Below are positions 37,601-50,179 of a stretch of 64,000 bases of DNA, one piece after another. The notes under the pieces were generated by a model, which searched no databases, was not told the origin of the DNA, and worked only from the letters and a program-made list of their open reading frames with translations. The stretch spans positions 62,001 through 126,000 of the forward strand of contig DF236956.1 of NCBI GenBank assembly GCA_000708835.1. The letters are read 5' to 3'. How positions within the stretch are numbered: the stretch's first letter is position 1; each line of letters opens with the position of its first letter. The translations under genes were made by a program, and so were the position numbers. This DNA is from Klebsormidium nitens (Eukaryota > Plantae > Klebsormidiophyceae).

Positions 37601-40600
37601 CCCTTGAAAAAAGCGAAGGGTAAAATCGAGTAGACTAAGTATCAAGCGCAAAGGCCGAGAGTTTATGGATGCAATTCTCAGAACGTTTTGAAAAAAGCAA
37701 CTCACGGGGTCCGCATGTTTCAGGAAGTCCTTCCCGCGGACCGAGAACAGCTGCATCGGCGTTACCGCGCGCACCAGCCAGCCACAGCGGTCCTCCGGGA
37801 ACACGCTGCTCTCGCCGAAGTAGTCGCCCTCCTTGAAACGGGTAACGCTGTGCGCAAACAAGGGAGTTGATTTCAATGTTATTGCTACTGTTGTTATTTA
37901 TCGCTATTGCTATTCTACGAACTGAGTCATTCATAACACAATTAGAAAAGTAGTCTCGGTCCTTGTAGACTCTTCCCAAGCGCGTACGTCATTTCTAAAG
38001 CTGTGGCCCCGTTTCGTAGGGTAAGGCGAGAACAATGAAAATCATGGGCTGGTCTCGAAAAAGTTGAACCTTCTTCACATCGATCCCAGCCATTTTAGTC
38101 GTAGATATCTTCTCAAAATGGCGACGAAGCTCCAACAAAATTCTTCGTTTCCAAAAATCACATTTTCATTGATTCCAAAGCGCGGTAGAGCACTCCCTTC
38201 CCAAGATTAAACCTGCTGCTTGCCCCCTAACCTGATGTACGGCCCCTCGATTTTGAAGCGCGCGTCCTCGCGCGGCAGCGGGATGAGCAGCTCCGCTTCT
38301 CCCGCGCGCACAAAGTAGACGGTGCCCTCGTCGTCCACGTTCCACGTGGTGCCCGGGTTGAAGCACAGCAGGCACAGGTAGTGCGCGAACAGCCGCAAGT
38401 TGGGCTCGCTGATGCTGAAGAACGGACGGACCTGGGCGGAACGGAACGGAACGAGCTTTAGCATTTGATTGGAACAACTGGAATACTCCCTGTAACAAGG
38501 GAGTAGGCACAGGTAATGCGCGAACAGCCGCAGGTTGGGCTCGCTGATGCTGAAGAACGGACGGACCTGGGCGGAAGGAATCGGAACGGAACGGAATTAG
38601 AGTTGATCATGGCTGAAGGATCCGGGAGACTCCGTGTTAGAAGCACAGCCGGCACAGGTAATGCGCGAAGGGACGCAGGTTGGGGTCACTGGTGCTGAAG
38701 AACGGACGGACCTGGGCGGAACGGAACGGAATGGAACAGAATAAGAGTTGGATCTCGGCTGGAGAATCCGGGAGACTCCGTGTTAGAAGCACGGCAGGCA
38801 CAGGTAATGCGCGAAGAACCGCAGGTTGGGCTCGCTGATGCTGAAGAACGGACGGACGTGGGCGGCACGGAACGGAAACGGAAAGGTACAAGGGATGGGA
38901 CTTGGCTGGAACGTAAGCGAGACGCCTTCATAAAAGCACAGCAGGCACAACGAATGCGCGAACAGCCGCCGGCTCGCTGTTCCAGAAGACGGACGGACCT
39001 AGGCGGAACGGAACGGCACATCTTTATGGATTTTTACGGCTCCCGGATAGCAGGGTTGTGTTCAACAAAGCCGGCAGGGTTTCTCTCGCGGGGCCAATGA
39101 TCTCGATCGCAGACCGTGGCGAACAAGCGGACTTGAGCGGAACGGAACGGGGCGGAAAGTGCACTTCAGGGCTGATAACGTAACGCTCAGCAGGCACAGA
39201 TGTCGAGAAAACGCCCGAAGGAACGGTGCACAATGAACGGATCTGCGTGGAATGGAACTGCACGGAACGGAACCGAGCCGTACCTGCTTGCGGAGGAACT
39301 TGATGGCTTGCACGCATCGCACGCTGAAGCGGTTCTTGTACAGCTCCAGAAAATCTTCCTTGCCAACGGTCAGGAGACACGTGTCCGACCGGGTGATGCA
39401 CGTGGCCTGCCGCGCCTGCCCATTAATCAGCGCGATGTCGCCGAAATAGTCCCCCCGGCCTAGATTGCCCAGGTTGCGCACTTGACGCTTTGCGGTCAGC
39501 GACTGGACGCTCACGCTGCGGGAAGCAATCAAAGTATGATGAGACGATTGTTGCGGTGAGTATTCTCCTCCTGAGAGTGGGACCAGCGAGGCCGACAGCT
39601 GGAGAGATTATAGATTTCTAGAACTTTGGAAAGGGGGGCCGAAAGATTTGATCAAAGATAGCTACTCCGGACGGGAGTGCTGATGCGGACGGAATTGATG
39701 AGGAGTATGAAAGGTAGCGCCTCTTACAACTGCATTTGACTCTATTTGAAATCTGAACATCTCAAAACGCTTGTACTCAATCTACAGACGGATAGCGCAA
39801 AAGCGGCCGGGGGCCGCTCACCAGCCGTGGATGATCATGTAGAAGCGGTCCCCCGGCTCCCCTTGCCGGCAGACTGCAGGAAGGAACGCCAGCTTGCGTC
39901 AGCGAAATGATGCTCAATCGATTTCAACCATGTCTGATGCGTGTTGCGATGCGTCCGATTTTTCCAGGGCAGTGGATGAGAATGCACCGGCCAAGGAACA
40001 CGTGGCGTTTGGAAAATGTACCCAAGCTTGAGCTTTTTCAACATTGTGGCTATGACTAGCAACATGCGAACGTGTTGCGCTCAAAGTGCACTCAGTAGAA
40101 GGCAGTGAACGTCAGCCTATTCTTGCCAGGCATCACCAGGTGTCATTCCCGCAATTCCCTCGACAAGGTGCCTTCACCCGCCGAGTTGACTAGCTAGCTT
40201 CTCTATCCACCCCAACGCGCAACTCAGCATATTCCTTGCTATGCAAACAAGCTCCTCCAGCCAAGCATAATCACGCCCTTACAAAAAGAAGAATTTGCTG
40301 CCAAAATGGCGCCGTACCTAGTTTCCCCCGCCCCACGTCCTCAAACTGCACCACCTGGCAGAGTCGGAACTGTGCCTCAAGCGGCTGTTCACGGATGAAC
40401 CCGCAGAGGAAGCCCGCGTGGATCACCAGGTCCTGGACCACTGACAGCGGCCGAGGAGGACGCCTGCGTGTGCAGGAAACTCCTGTGCTTAGCCAGCATA
40501 CATCAATAGCTTATAGCAGTTTTCAGAAGACTTATTGTTATGAACCATGTAATCTGGCGCAGAACTGTCAAGTTGTCAGAGAGCATATTGCTATGTCGGA

Positions 40601-41563
40601 GCAGAACCGTCGGGTTTGTTGAGGGAACAAGTCGATTACAATTTTCAAAGTTCAAAACTTTTCTCTAAGAAGCAAGATTCCTCCTTGACAGCCTGCGTGT
40701 GCAGAAGATCCCTGTGCTCAGTCATGCCTGGAGGGTGGCCCTTTCGACTACTTTCACGCTCTTCGCGATCTGTTAGAAAGGGCTTGACCAACGTGTATAA
40801 CATTTTGGTTGGGGGCTACTGCAGAATACTGAACTGGTGTGAATGGGGCTCGAGTGTTAAAAGAATCTTTTCTGGACAAACCGATAACGTGACTTACTGC
40901 AAGATTCGACAGAGCATGATTCTGTGCCGATGTCCGTTCAGCTCTACATCATAGCATCATAGCTCAACAGAGCTTTTGCGGTCCTGATTTTGGAAGTGTT
41001 GTAAGTTTAGTAAAAGCTCAGCACGCACAGACTGCTGGCAGCGCGCTCCTACCAGGGCAGAGTACAAGGGCGCGCAAGCTTGCTAGCGTTACGACGGCCA
41101 CAAATGCAGCTCCAACCGTTTTCTTTCATCTTTCCTGACAATTCAGCCGGTGCTTCCAACGTGACTTCACGCAGTGTGCTAGCTCAAAACATCTCGCACT
41201 GCCGGACCATTGTCAGCGCTGGCAGCCCTTTGGTTGCAGCTGCAGCTTTTCCTGAATCCATTCACCTCTCATACATCCACACATCTTATATCATCATCAA
41301 AGTGACGTCAGCGCCGACCTCAGCGGCCCTCACCTCTGGCACAGCCCGCGCACTTTCTCCACGATCACCCAGGGGTCGGTGTCCCGCAGCGCGCGCCTCT
41401 GCCGCTGAACTGCATACAAATCCAGTGCCGTGGAAACCGCCAGCATGGATTCCACTTTTCCCACAGCGGCCCCCCATCGCCGCCGCCCCGTGCCGGGGCT
41501 CTGCCGGCCGCTTCCGGGGGTCTCCCGGCCGCTGCCGGAGGGACCCCCTGGCGCGGAATCCAT
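34614..41563 (-). CDS. Tandem cyclic-nucleotide-binding-domain protein with a long disordered C-terminal tail and no recognisable catalytic domain
   Basis: Exons 41563-41334, 40463-40318, 39873-39822, 39515-39284, 38431-38232, 37847-37706, 37129-~36050, then a frame change to 34614. CNBD-A: VCRQGEPGDRFYMIIHG...GRGDYFGDIALINGQARQAT. CNBD-B: GTVYFVRAGEAEL...FKEGDYFGESSVF. Confidence 0.85.
38370..39280 (-). repeat. Array of at least four decoy copies (135-146 bp period) of acceptor plus exon start before exon 38431
   Basis: ttccgttccgcccag|gtccgtccgttcttcagc...cgcgcattacctgtgcc units with acceptors at 38432-34 (true), 38567-69 (CAG), 38712-14 (CAG), 38858-60 (CAC, dead) and 38999-39001 (TAG). 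More decayed copies extend to ~39280. Confidence 0.92.
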
Positions 41564-42621
41564 GTCACTCACTCAGAAATGAGGGGTTCTGCTGCGAGCT
41601 AGCCGCATGGCTGGCGCAAAAGAAGGCCACGTTGCAGCCCCACTAAAAAACTTCCCAATAAGCAGCATTTCAAAAATGTGCAATGCTGTGTAACTGGGCT
41701 GTTCGCATAATGCATTCTACCTGGGTTCAGCAACATTAGCCGCCAAGTGCAGCCCAAACTGACCTTGCATGCCTACGGTCCGGCCTGTGGCCCGTAACAA
41801 GGTGATCGGCACACACTGATGTTGGCGGCATCCCAGATTATTGCATGCATCTATGCACAAACGTGGCACAAACCTAGTGCACCGGGCAGAGATTGTTTCC
41901 CTGCTAAGCACTGTCGCTTCAAGCTTAATTTATGTCCGCCATCCCCCCAGACGTTGAAGTGTGGCACCTGGAGCCCTCCTGCTTCAAGTTGGCCCTTCTC
42001 TGATTACAGGCTCCGCCCTGTCAAGCCACACGCTCAGATCGAGTTACTACGGTCACAGGCAAATGCAGCTAAGCAGCTTGAGAAATCTAGCGCGCGCACT
42101 TGACAGCGCAATTTATCGACGGTAGGAAACGAAATTGCAAATCCAAAGTGAACGTCCGATTTAGCAACGCCGGCCGGTCCAAACCTCCCCATAAACCCCC
42201 ACGTTCTGGCCGAGCGCGATCGCGCGCAAGGCGCCCCCGCGGCGGCCGGCCACAGTGTACTACTAGCAAATGAAACCGAGCACGTGACACGGCAGCTTGT
42301 ATCTTGAACGGTTAACCTAGACATGGGCGAGGCGGTTGAGCGCATGTGCTCGTTGAGCAAGCCTCCTGAGAACTATTTCCGGTTTACTGAAGCTCCCTTT
42401 CTTCAGCTGTCTTTGGCAACATTTTCTTATCGAGCAACAGGCTGGCAACAGGCCCTTTATAATAAAGTTTATTCCAGAGAAAGACTTTCTGAAGAGCCTA
42501 ACCTTCCTGACGGCCTCTTTGTGCGGATATTGTGGGCCTTGCACCAGATACTAACTTCCCTAGCATGCGCTGTCCCTGCTCAACTTTGTCGTCCTGAGAT
42601 GTGGGGGCATATGCCGAGCAC

Positions 42622-45600
42622 ATGCCAAGTAAATCCTTCGATGTTTCAAAGCAAGGTCTGATGGATTCATCAGATTCTCTCGCAACTGCCAGCTCCCATA
42701 AGATGCATATGACTTTAGTAGTAATGCCTTCGACTCCAGAGCCTGCGTTTGTCAGTAAAGTCAACAGAATTGAGGACCAGGATCTTGCAATCACAAAGAA
42801 GAAGGAAAAGACTTCTCTAGTAAGAGAATCCCTCTGCAGAAAAGCCAGGAAGAGCTGCGTAGAAGAATTCTTCATCAAGCTGAATTTTCGCTGGAGATGC
42901 GAGCGAAGAGCAGCAAGGGACCTTGGTGCCGGCTCTGGCAAGGGATGAATTGCTGAGTTAAAGGCTGCAGGATCAGTTGTTGACAGTCCGTTGGTGTTAA
43001 GAGTAGGCCCAGCCAAAGGCCATGGCTTCTCATATCCTTCAAAGGCTGGGCAGCCGGAACCGTGTCAAGTGAGTCTTTCAAGCTTTCGAATCAGAGCATC
43101 AGAAGACCACTTGTGGATGATCTTGGTTACCCAGGGGTCATCATCACGGGCAGTTCTGCATAAAGCCACTTCGCTGCGCAGGTCTCTGTACTATATTTTT
43201 GAAACTGGTCCAAGAAAAACCACCTCCAAAATATGCAGGTATCGTAAAGTTGCCCATGTTTGCTGCCTTGATTCTAATCCATGTCATTTCAAAAGGTATG
43301 AGTACAAGTGCATTGCCTTTGCTTTTTGCCTGCCTTTCAAGTTGTGCCATCTTGCCGTGAATATGCTAGTCATCCTGCGTCTTTCGACTTGCTTTTAGCC
43401 TGCATTTTGCTGGCTGGTTTGCGCCCTGCTCAACATTCTGCTCTCTAAGTTGCTACGATTTACTGCAGCTAAGAGTCTGTTGTCCTGCCTGTTTCCTCAA
43501 ACGCCTGCTCTGCGCTAGGCATTCTCCCAGCTATCCAAGTACGATTCTTTGGAGTCTGCGTTGATGTGCTGAGACTCAAAGATAGCTCTTAGTACTGCAG
43601 ATTCCAGGAGCTTTATGCTGGTCAAATCTGCTTCAATCTATCCTAAGTTCGATCTTTCAGGCCGGTCCTTGAGCGAAATGCCAGCAGGCTTTCTTTGGGG
43701 AGAGGGGAGCATGATGCTGTTCTAGAGCTTGAAGCGGGTACCGCGCCAGAGGGGTGGCGCGTCTACGATGATGCGAGACCGGCTGATGGAGAGGAGGAGC
43801 TCGATCACATTCCCAATGGGGAGGACAGAGACAAACCGTGGAAGAGCTCCAAAAAGAAGTGGTTCTGGTTTGACAGTGTACTTAACCCGCATTCGAAAGC
43901 GATAAGGGTGAGCTGTTTCAGGCCATTTTCATCATTGCTACCGGTCTTGTAAAGTCATGGAACGCATAGTAACGGCTGACTTTAAATTTTATTTTCTGAA
44001 TTTACATTCACAGCGGAAGTGGATGTTTATATCCAGATTTCACGCATATCACCACGCGAGTTTTTCTGACAATTGTAATGGGACCAAGGAAGGCGTGGAA
44101 AACGTGGTTGATACTAACGGCAGAAGCATTTGATGGCAACTCTCTTCAGCAGAGCACGTTTCTCGCCTTACCGGCGAGAAGGGGACTTCTAGCCATTGTT
44201 TCTAATCCTTCTTGCACAAGACAATTGCAGAATTCGAAGCAAGCCAGGTTGAACCACGTCAATCCTAGCTTCACGCAGACTTTTCCGATCCTTTTTCCGA
44301 TCTCAACCGTCTGCAACCGGCACCTCGAGTCCTTTCTTCCTCAGACTACTTCTTCAGCTCCTCTTACGATCTTCCAACCAACTAACCATTTTGCTCCACT
44401 ACTTTTTCCCCAGCTCTGGAACCGCGTTTTCCTGCTCTCGCTGCTATGCGGCACGGTGGTCGACCCCCTCTTCTTCTACCTCCTCGCGGTCGACACCACA
44501 CTGCTCTGCGTCTACTTCCAAAAGGCTTTCGCCATCGCCGTTACCTTGTTACGCTCCATCTTCGACGAACTCTACCTTATCAACATGTGGCTCCAGTTCC
44601 GCACGGCATATGTCTCCAAGTCTTCGCTGCGCCTGGGGATCGGCGCGCTGGTGACCAGCCCGCGCAAGGTTGCCATGAACTATGTGCACGTTCTGCGCGG
44701 GGGACTCGCGCTCGACATCCTGGCCATTCTGCCGTGCCCGCAGGTACGCTTGGCGGGGTAAACGAAGCATCAAAGCGTCGATGATGAATCGCAAGAAGCG
44801 GGTGGACATCTGATGATTTTCAAGACCTGGTGTCTGCAACATCAAGAATAGGGTTTCAGAGGGAATGGTACTCAGCACACTAGACGGATTGAATGCATTT
44901 GCCAGTCGAAATAGACGCAGAAAGGAGATGAGTTAGCTGGACTCGTGCACTGCTGAAAGTTATGAAGCGATCCTTGCGTTTGACATGGTAACTACAAGGT
45001 GCGTCAATTAGTCATCGCGCAATGAACGACATGTTTTGGCCAGACAATTTGAGTTTGAGGAACTCTAATTCTATTGAATCAAGACAAGAATTGAACGACT
45101 TGATCCGTTGATTTCGTGATCTCACTCCTTTGATTGGAGACGCCACGTGGTGATACTCAGTCACATACTCATGAAATCTGTCAGCTGTCCCGCCAGCCGT
45201 TAGCCAATTGGTTCTCAGACAAGCTTTTCCTCCTATCTCTAGTTGGCCATCTGGGTCATGATGCCGAAGCTCATGACGTCAGGCAACGCGTCACAAGCGA
45301 CCACGGCGCTCCTCTTCTCCCTGCTCATCCAATTCATCATCCGAGTATTCCGCTTCCTCGCTCTAGTTCGCCGGATGCAGCGCGTAGTAGGGTACGTCTT
45401 CTGGGGCTCCTGGTGGGGCTTCGTGCTCAACCTGGCAGCCTACTGCACTGCTGCACACGTAAGCACGGTGTCGCCTGTTTTCCCGGATCACGTCAGAAAA
45501 GCGTCATTTGAGTTACGTCCCGTCTCCAGTTTCTAGCACAGTGGTCAGTTGCACGTAAGAAATACTAAGCGCTTATACATCCTTACCGTTTAAACCAGTT

Positions 45601-48600
45601 GCGTCACGTCATTTGCATCCGTTGTCTTCTTGGCACCGACGACCCTGCAAGCTTGCATTTTTCGCGAGGAGCCGGTTTACAAACGCCTCTACCGGGGCCA
45701 AAGAGGCCGGCTGTCAATCAGGCATCAGCGTAAAGATCGCAGCCTTGAGTACAGTGCACTCGAGCGGAAAGAAACATAATCTGCTCAAATTTCGTACAGA
45801 AACAGTGAGTAATCGATCCTGCCCCCCTGCGCAGGTGTTCGGCGCCCTTTGGTACCTCTTTGCCGTGGCCCGGGTGCACACCTGCCTGGCGATCCACTGC
45901 GAGCGCTACCCGGGGTGCATCCCCCACTACCTGGCCTGCAAGCCGCCTATCCAGTTCGCTAAGGATCCACACATCAGCGGCGGCCGCGCGGAGTGGTCTC
46001 TCAATGTGAATGCGACTTTGGAGTGCATGCAAGACGAGGGGTCCTTCCACCACGGCATCTACTGGAACGCGCTGCCGTTGGTGACCGGGACGAGCGTCGT
46101 GGAGAAGATGACGTTCCCCATCTTCTGGGGGCTCATGACGCTCAGGTCAGCCCTTGTGAACGGTCTTTGAAAGCAAGCGTTCTTTGATAAATTCAAGTCA
46201 ACCTATTGGAAACGGTCTTTGCAAGTTAACATTCTGTGATAAAGCTCAGGTCCGCCCTTTCAACTGGATAAATTTGAACGGTTGTTTCTAATCAATTTCT
46301 ATGAGCTGGAAGAAAGTGGTTGTATGGAACACAGCCAAGCATACCCAGCGTTTCGGCGGGCGTCTGGACTCCCTCACTTTGATATGGGTGCCGCCCTGTT
46401 CCAACTTGTTAGAACGGCTTCTAAGTGCGGAAGCATTTTTTTGAGGCCTTGAGCCCAAAACGATCGGTATGTCTGAAGCTAGGGGCTTTGTAAAAGGCGT
46501 CTCTCCTGGGCTCTGCAGCTCATTCAGCAACGCGCTCACCCCGACCGCAAATCTCACCGAGACGCTTTTCTGCGTCGTTCTCGTCATGTCGGGCCTGATG
46601 CTCTTCTCTGCGCTCATCGGAAACATCCAGGTGAGAAAGATTGAAGTTCTAGATTCCGTTCCTGAGAGACGTACGTTCTTCAAACTGCAGCTCTTTCTGC
46701 AACTCGCTCACGCCGACCGATAACCTCCCCGAGACGCTCTTCAGCCTCGTCATGGTTCTGTCCGGCCTGCTGCTCTTCTCCGCACTGATCGGTAACATAC
46801 AGGTAAGCAAGTACGGGAAAATCACTTGTTGGCTTTGAGATGATAGACCGTCGAGAATGAAGCACTCAAATGCGCTCTGCTGTTCTCCTCCAGGCAAAAT
46901 GAAAGAGACCCAGTAAGCACTCAGGATTCTGGAACTTTCATCAACATTGGGCTTTACGCTTCTGTACTCTGGCTTTGACAAGGCTTGGTATATCACTCCG
47001 ACGCTCCTCCACGTAAGCACAGCTTCCAAGCATTAAGGTGTTTGAAATTTTCGCGAGAGAGCCAAGTCGTTTTCGTCTCGCGCTTCCTTCTCCAGGTGTT
47101 CTTCCAGTCGCTCTGGTCGCGCGTGGACAGAATGCGCGAGCGGCGGCAGGACTTGGAGTGGTGGATGGCGCGGCGCGCGCTCCCGCGGCCGCTGCAGGAG
47201 CGCGTGGACGACTACGAGCGGCAGCACTGGGCGGCGACACGTGGCATCGACGAGGAGGCCATGACACGTGACCTGCCTGAGGGGCTGCGGAGGGACATCA
47301 AGCGGTACCTGTGCCTCGATCTCGTTAGAAAGGTGGGTTAGCAAATGAAAGCTCTGAATAAAGCTTACGAAATTTACGAGCAGAACCTTCCGGGCGTGGT
47401 GAAGGCTTGGCTTGTTTGCTTGTCTGTGCGCTAGGAAGAGGTTGTGCAAAACCATAGTACGTTATGAAAGTAGGAGAGGAAAGTCTCGGAACTGATAAAG
47501 AATGTTTTGAGGTAGAAGGGATGTATTAAAAGGCCGTTATCGCCCGAGAAATTAAACCAGCACTCGAAATAGATTGCCCCGTCAGCAGCCAAGATAGAGA
47601 ACAGTGAGACGGTGGGGCATCTCTCAGAGGGAGGCGTTGCTTCAGAGCAGTAATGCTCGTCCGAAGCTTCGCCCTCCGCGCGCGTGCAGATACCGCTGTT
47701 TTCATACACCGACCCGCTGCTCCTCGACATTCTGTGCGAGCGGCTGCGCCCCGCGCTCTTCACGCGCGGCCTCGTCGTCGTGCGCGCGGGCGAGCCTGTG
47801 CAGCGACTCTTACTGCTGGTGCGCGGCCGCCTGCGCAACGTGCATACGGTCGGGGGCCGGCCCAGTGTCGTCATCTTGGGCCCGGGGAACTTCACCGGGG
47901 AGGAGCTGCTCACGTGGGGGCTCGCGCGCACGGCGGACCGGAACCGCCTCCCGCTCTCCGCCGCTAGGTCAGTTCCGGAATGGCCCGCCCCTCAAAGATT
48001 TCGCGCTTCTTGTGACCCTCTGCATCCCCGACTAGATTCAGGAAAGGGAGCCGACTTGTTCGCCCTTTTCAAATAACTTCAGGGCTACAAGTCGGAGATA
48101 AACAACCAAGGGTGACTCGAGGCGGGCAGCAAAGAATTTGAGCACTCATTTGGGGTGCTTGTCAACTGGAACCCTGTGATGCTCGTGACGGAAGCGGGGT
48201 CTACAGGATAGATTCTTGGAGTCACATCATAGTAAACGATATGGATCGAGGTTCGTCAAGTGTCCTGCTGGAAACGGCGCATGTGGTCCGAAGCTTGTTT
48301 GGCACCACGACTTGGGCATTGTGCCGCTTCGGATTGCTCAACGGGTCACTTTGTTGTGGTGGATCTGCACTCCTCGGAAAGTGACTGACTGACCAGGATG
48401 ACAATCTAGTTTAGCTTGTTTGTGCATCCGCAACTGCGTTGATTCCAGTGAGTAATTCAAGATCAACTCTTATTGCAGCAGAGACTATACTCTGCTTTGG
48501 TGCCAACTCTTGATCCTCGTTGTGCAGCCTGGAGTGCGTTGACACCGTTGAGGCGTTCGCGCTGGAGGCGGATGACCTGATGTACGTTACGTCGCACTTT

Positions 48601-49199
48601 CAGCAGCGTTTACAGAGCAAGAAGTTGCGGCACACCATCCGACACTACTCGCCGGTGAGATGCGCTCCATTCGACTCGTTGATCGGATCTGTTCGCACAA
48701 TCATGCCTTTTAAAGTGTGCCTCTTCGTGCGTCCGCCTGCTTCAAAAAGATATACGCTGTCAATCTATCCAGAAGCACATAGGCAACACTGCCGGCCTGT
48801 GTGTCCAATCCAACTTACCCAGTCTCTGCTGGCCGCTGCCTATCTTGCTGCGTCGATTCTCCAAGAAGCGCAAGCGTCTTGTAGCTGAAAGAACACGACT
48901 TACCGCATGCGCGCTAGATCCACAACTAGATCCACCCTTGCATAAAGTGAGCCCGTAACGCCAAACCCAAGTCTTCATTTTCATCTCAACAGCACTGGCG
49001 CACGTGGGCGGCGGTGACCATTCAATTATCCTGGCGACGCCACAAGGCGGCCGCGAAGGCCCATGGCGCGCGGCCGCGCCTGTCCTTGTCCGGCCTCGCC
49101 GCGCTGTCGGGCCAGCCGACCGACGACCCCGCGCAAAGTGCGCGCAGCAAGCTGCGAATGTACACTGCCATGTTTACGTCGCCGAAACCGCAAGATTAG
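42622..49199 (+). CDS. CNGC: Cyclic nucleotide-gated channel, group IV-B (CNGC2/CNGC4-like), CNGC-a
   Basis: Confident exons: 43661-43907, 44414-44743, 45243-45458, 45835-46145, [46519-46630 or 46691-46802], 47096-47332, 47690-47967, 48528-48654, 48993-49199. The 5' exons 42622-42819 and 43135-43181 are tentative. Motifs: WNRVFLL...VDPLFFY, FPIFWGLMTLS pore helix, C-linker LEWWM...LPEGLRRDIKRYLCLDLV, CNBD GNFTGEELLTWGL, IQ motif IQLSWRRHK. Confidence 0.93.
46519..46630 (+). CDS. CNGC-a pore/S6 exon, variant A (SSFSNALTPTANLTETLFCVVLVMSGLMLFSALIGNIQ)
   Basis: ctgcag| ... cag|gtgaga; 112 nt; phase 2 to phase 0; no stops. Confidence 0.85.
46691..46802 (+). CDS. CNGC-a pore/S6 exon, variant B (SSFCNSLTPTDNLPETLFSLVMVLSGLLLFSALIGNIQ)
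   Basis: ctgcag| ... cag|gtaagc; 112 nt; same phases as variant A; nearly identical in protein to the single pore exon of CNGC-b (61669-61780). Confidence 0.9.
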
Positions 49200-50179
49200 G
49201 CAGCTCGCATTAACTTGGTGATGATGGTCGAAATTCGAAAGGGCTCGCAATGCATGCGGATTGGTGGTGCTTTGCAGAGGCTTGAACATGCGAACGCATG
49301 CAGTTAACAGTCGTAAAATAGATTTTGAGGGTGCTTGGTGTCATTAATCTAGATCATAACGAGGCCATCAACTGTTTAGAAACTGATGGCTAGCGATCGC
49401 TGACCACTGAACAGATGATGCAGACAGGAATCCGAAATGAGGAAGGGATACGTAGCCGCCATTACGATTGATTTGATGCAAGTTTAACACGATCAGAGAT
49501 TTATGGAAGGCACATTAAATGAGGATTGAACGCTGGAGGAACAGATGATAACGGCTAAGCACGTCAACCCTGAATTGAACTTCGAGTGAGATCGGAAGGG
49601 TTAAATACATCTGCCAGTCCCTCTGACCTCTCTTACATTTGTGTCTGCGCTTTCAAAAGATCAATCGGTCCGATACCACGTGCTAAACCAATGTCGGAGA
49701 TCGGTGAATGTACTCTCGAGCCTCGGCGATTCAAAGGTTCGGCCCGTGACATTCTGAAGTGATTGATGCACCTTCACTTAGAACGAGACGGTATAAACGT
49801 ATACAAAGATACGACAACAATGCGAGTACGAGATCTCAAAATCCTTCTGTACCTCCTCATAAGTATTGCGTCGTTCGCGCGAGAGCACCCGAACCTGCCT
49901 TGCATGATGGATGTGCATACATGATTGCACGGGACCAGATTGCCAATCAGGCAGAAGAAACAGCGCGCTTGGCCTAAGTTTTGATGTCCCCCGCACCGCG
50001 CCTAGCAAACGCCGAGTCTACCTTCACGCCACAAAATACCCTTCCCATGCTTACATTGAAGGACACCAAGAACGCCTTTCCAATCGTTTTTGCAAGAAAG
50101 TTCTGCAACGTTTAGGCTTTTCTGGCTGTTTGCCGCTCTGCCGCACTACCAATAAGTTAGGAACTTTCTCCATCTTTTT

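Noticed and set aside
38370-39280. Regularly spaced repeats resembling a CRISPR array
   Set aside because: The units are degenerate copies of an exon/acceptor junction with related spacers, in a eukaryotic intron, with no cas genes.
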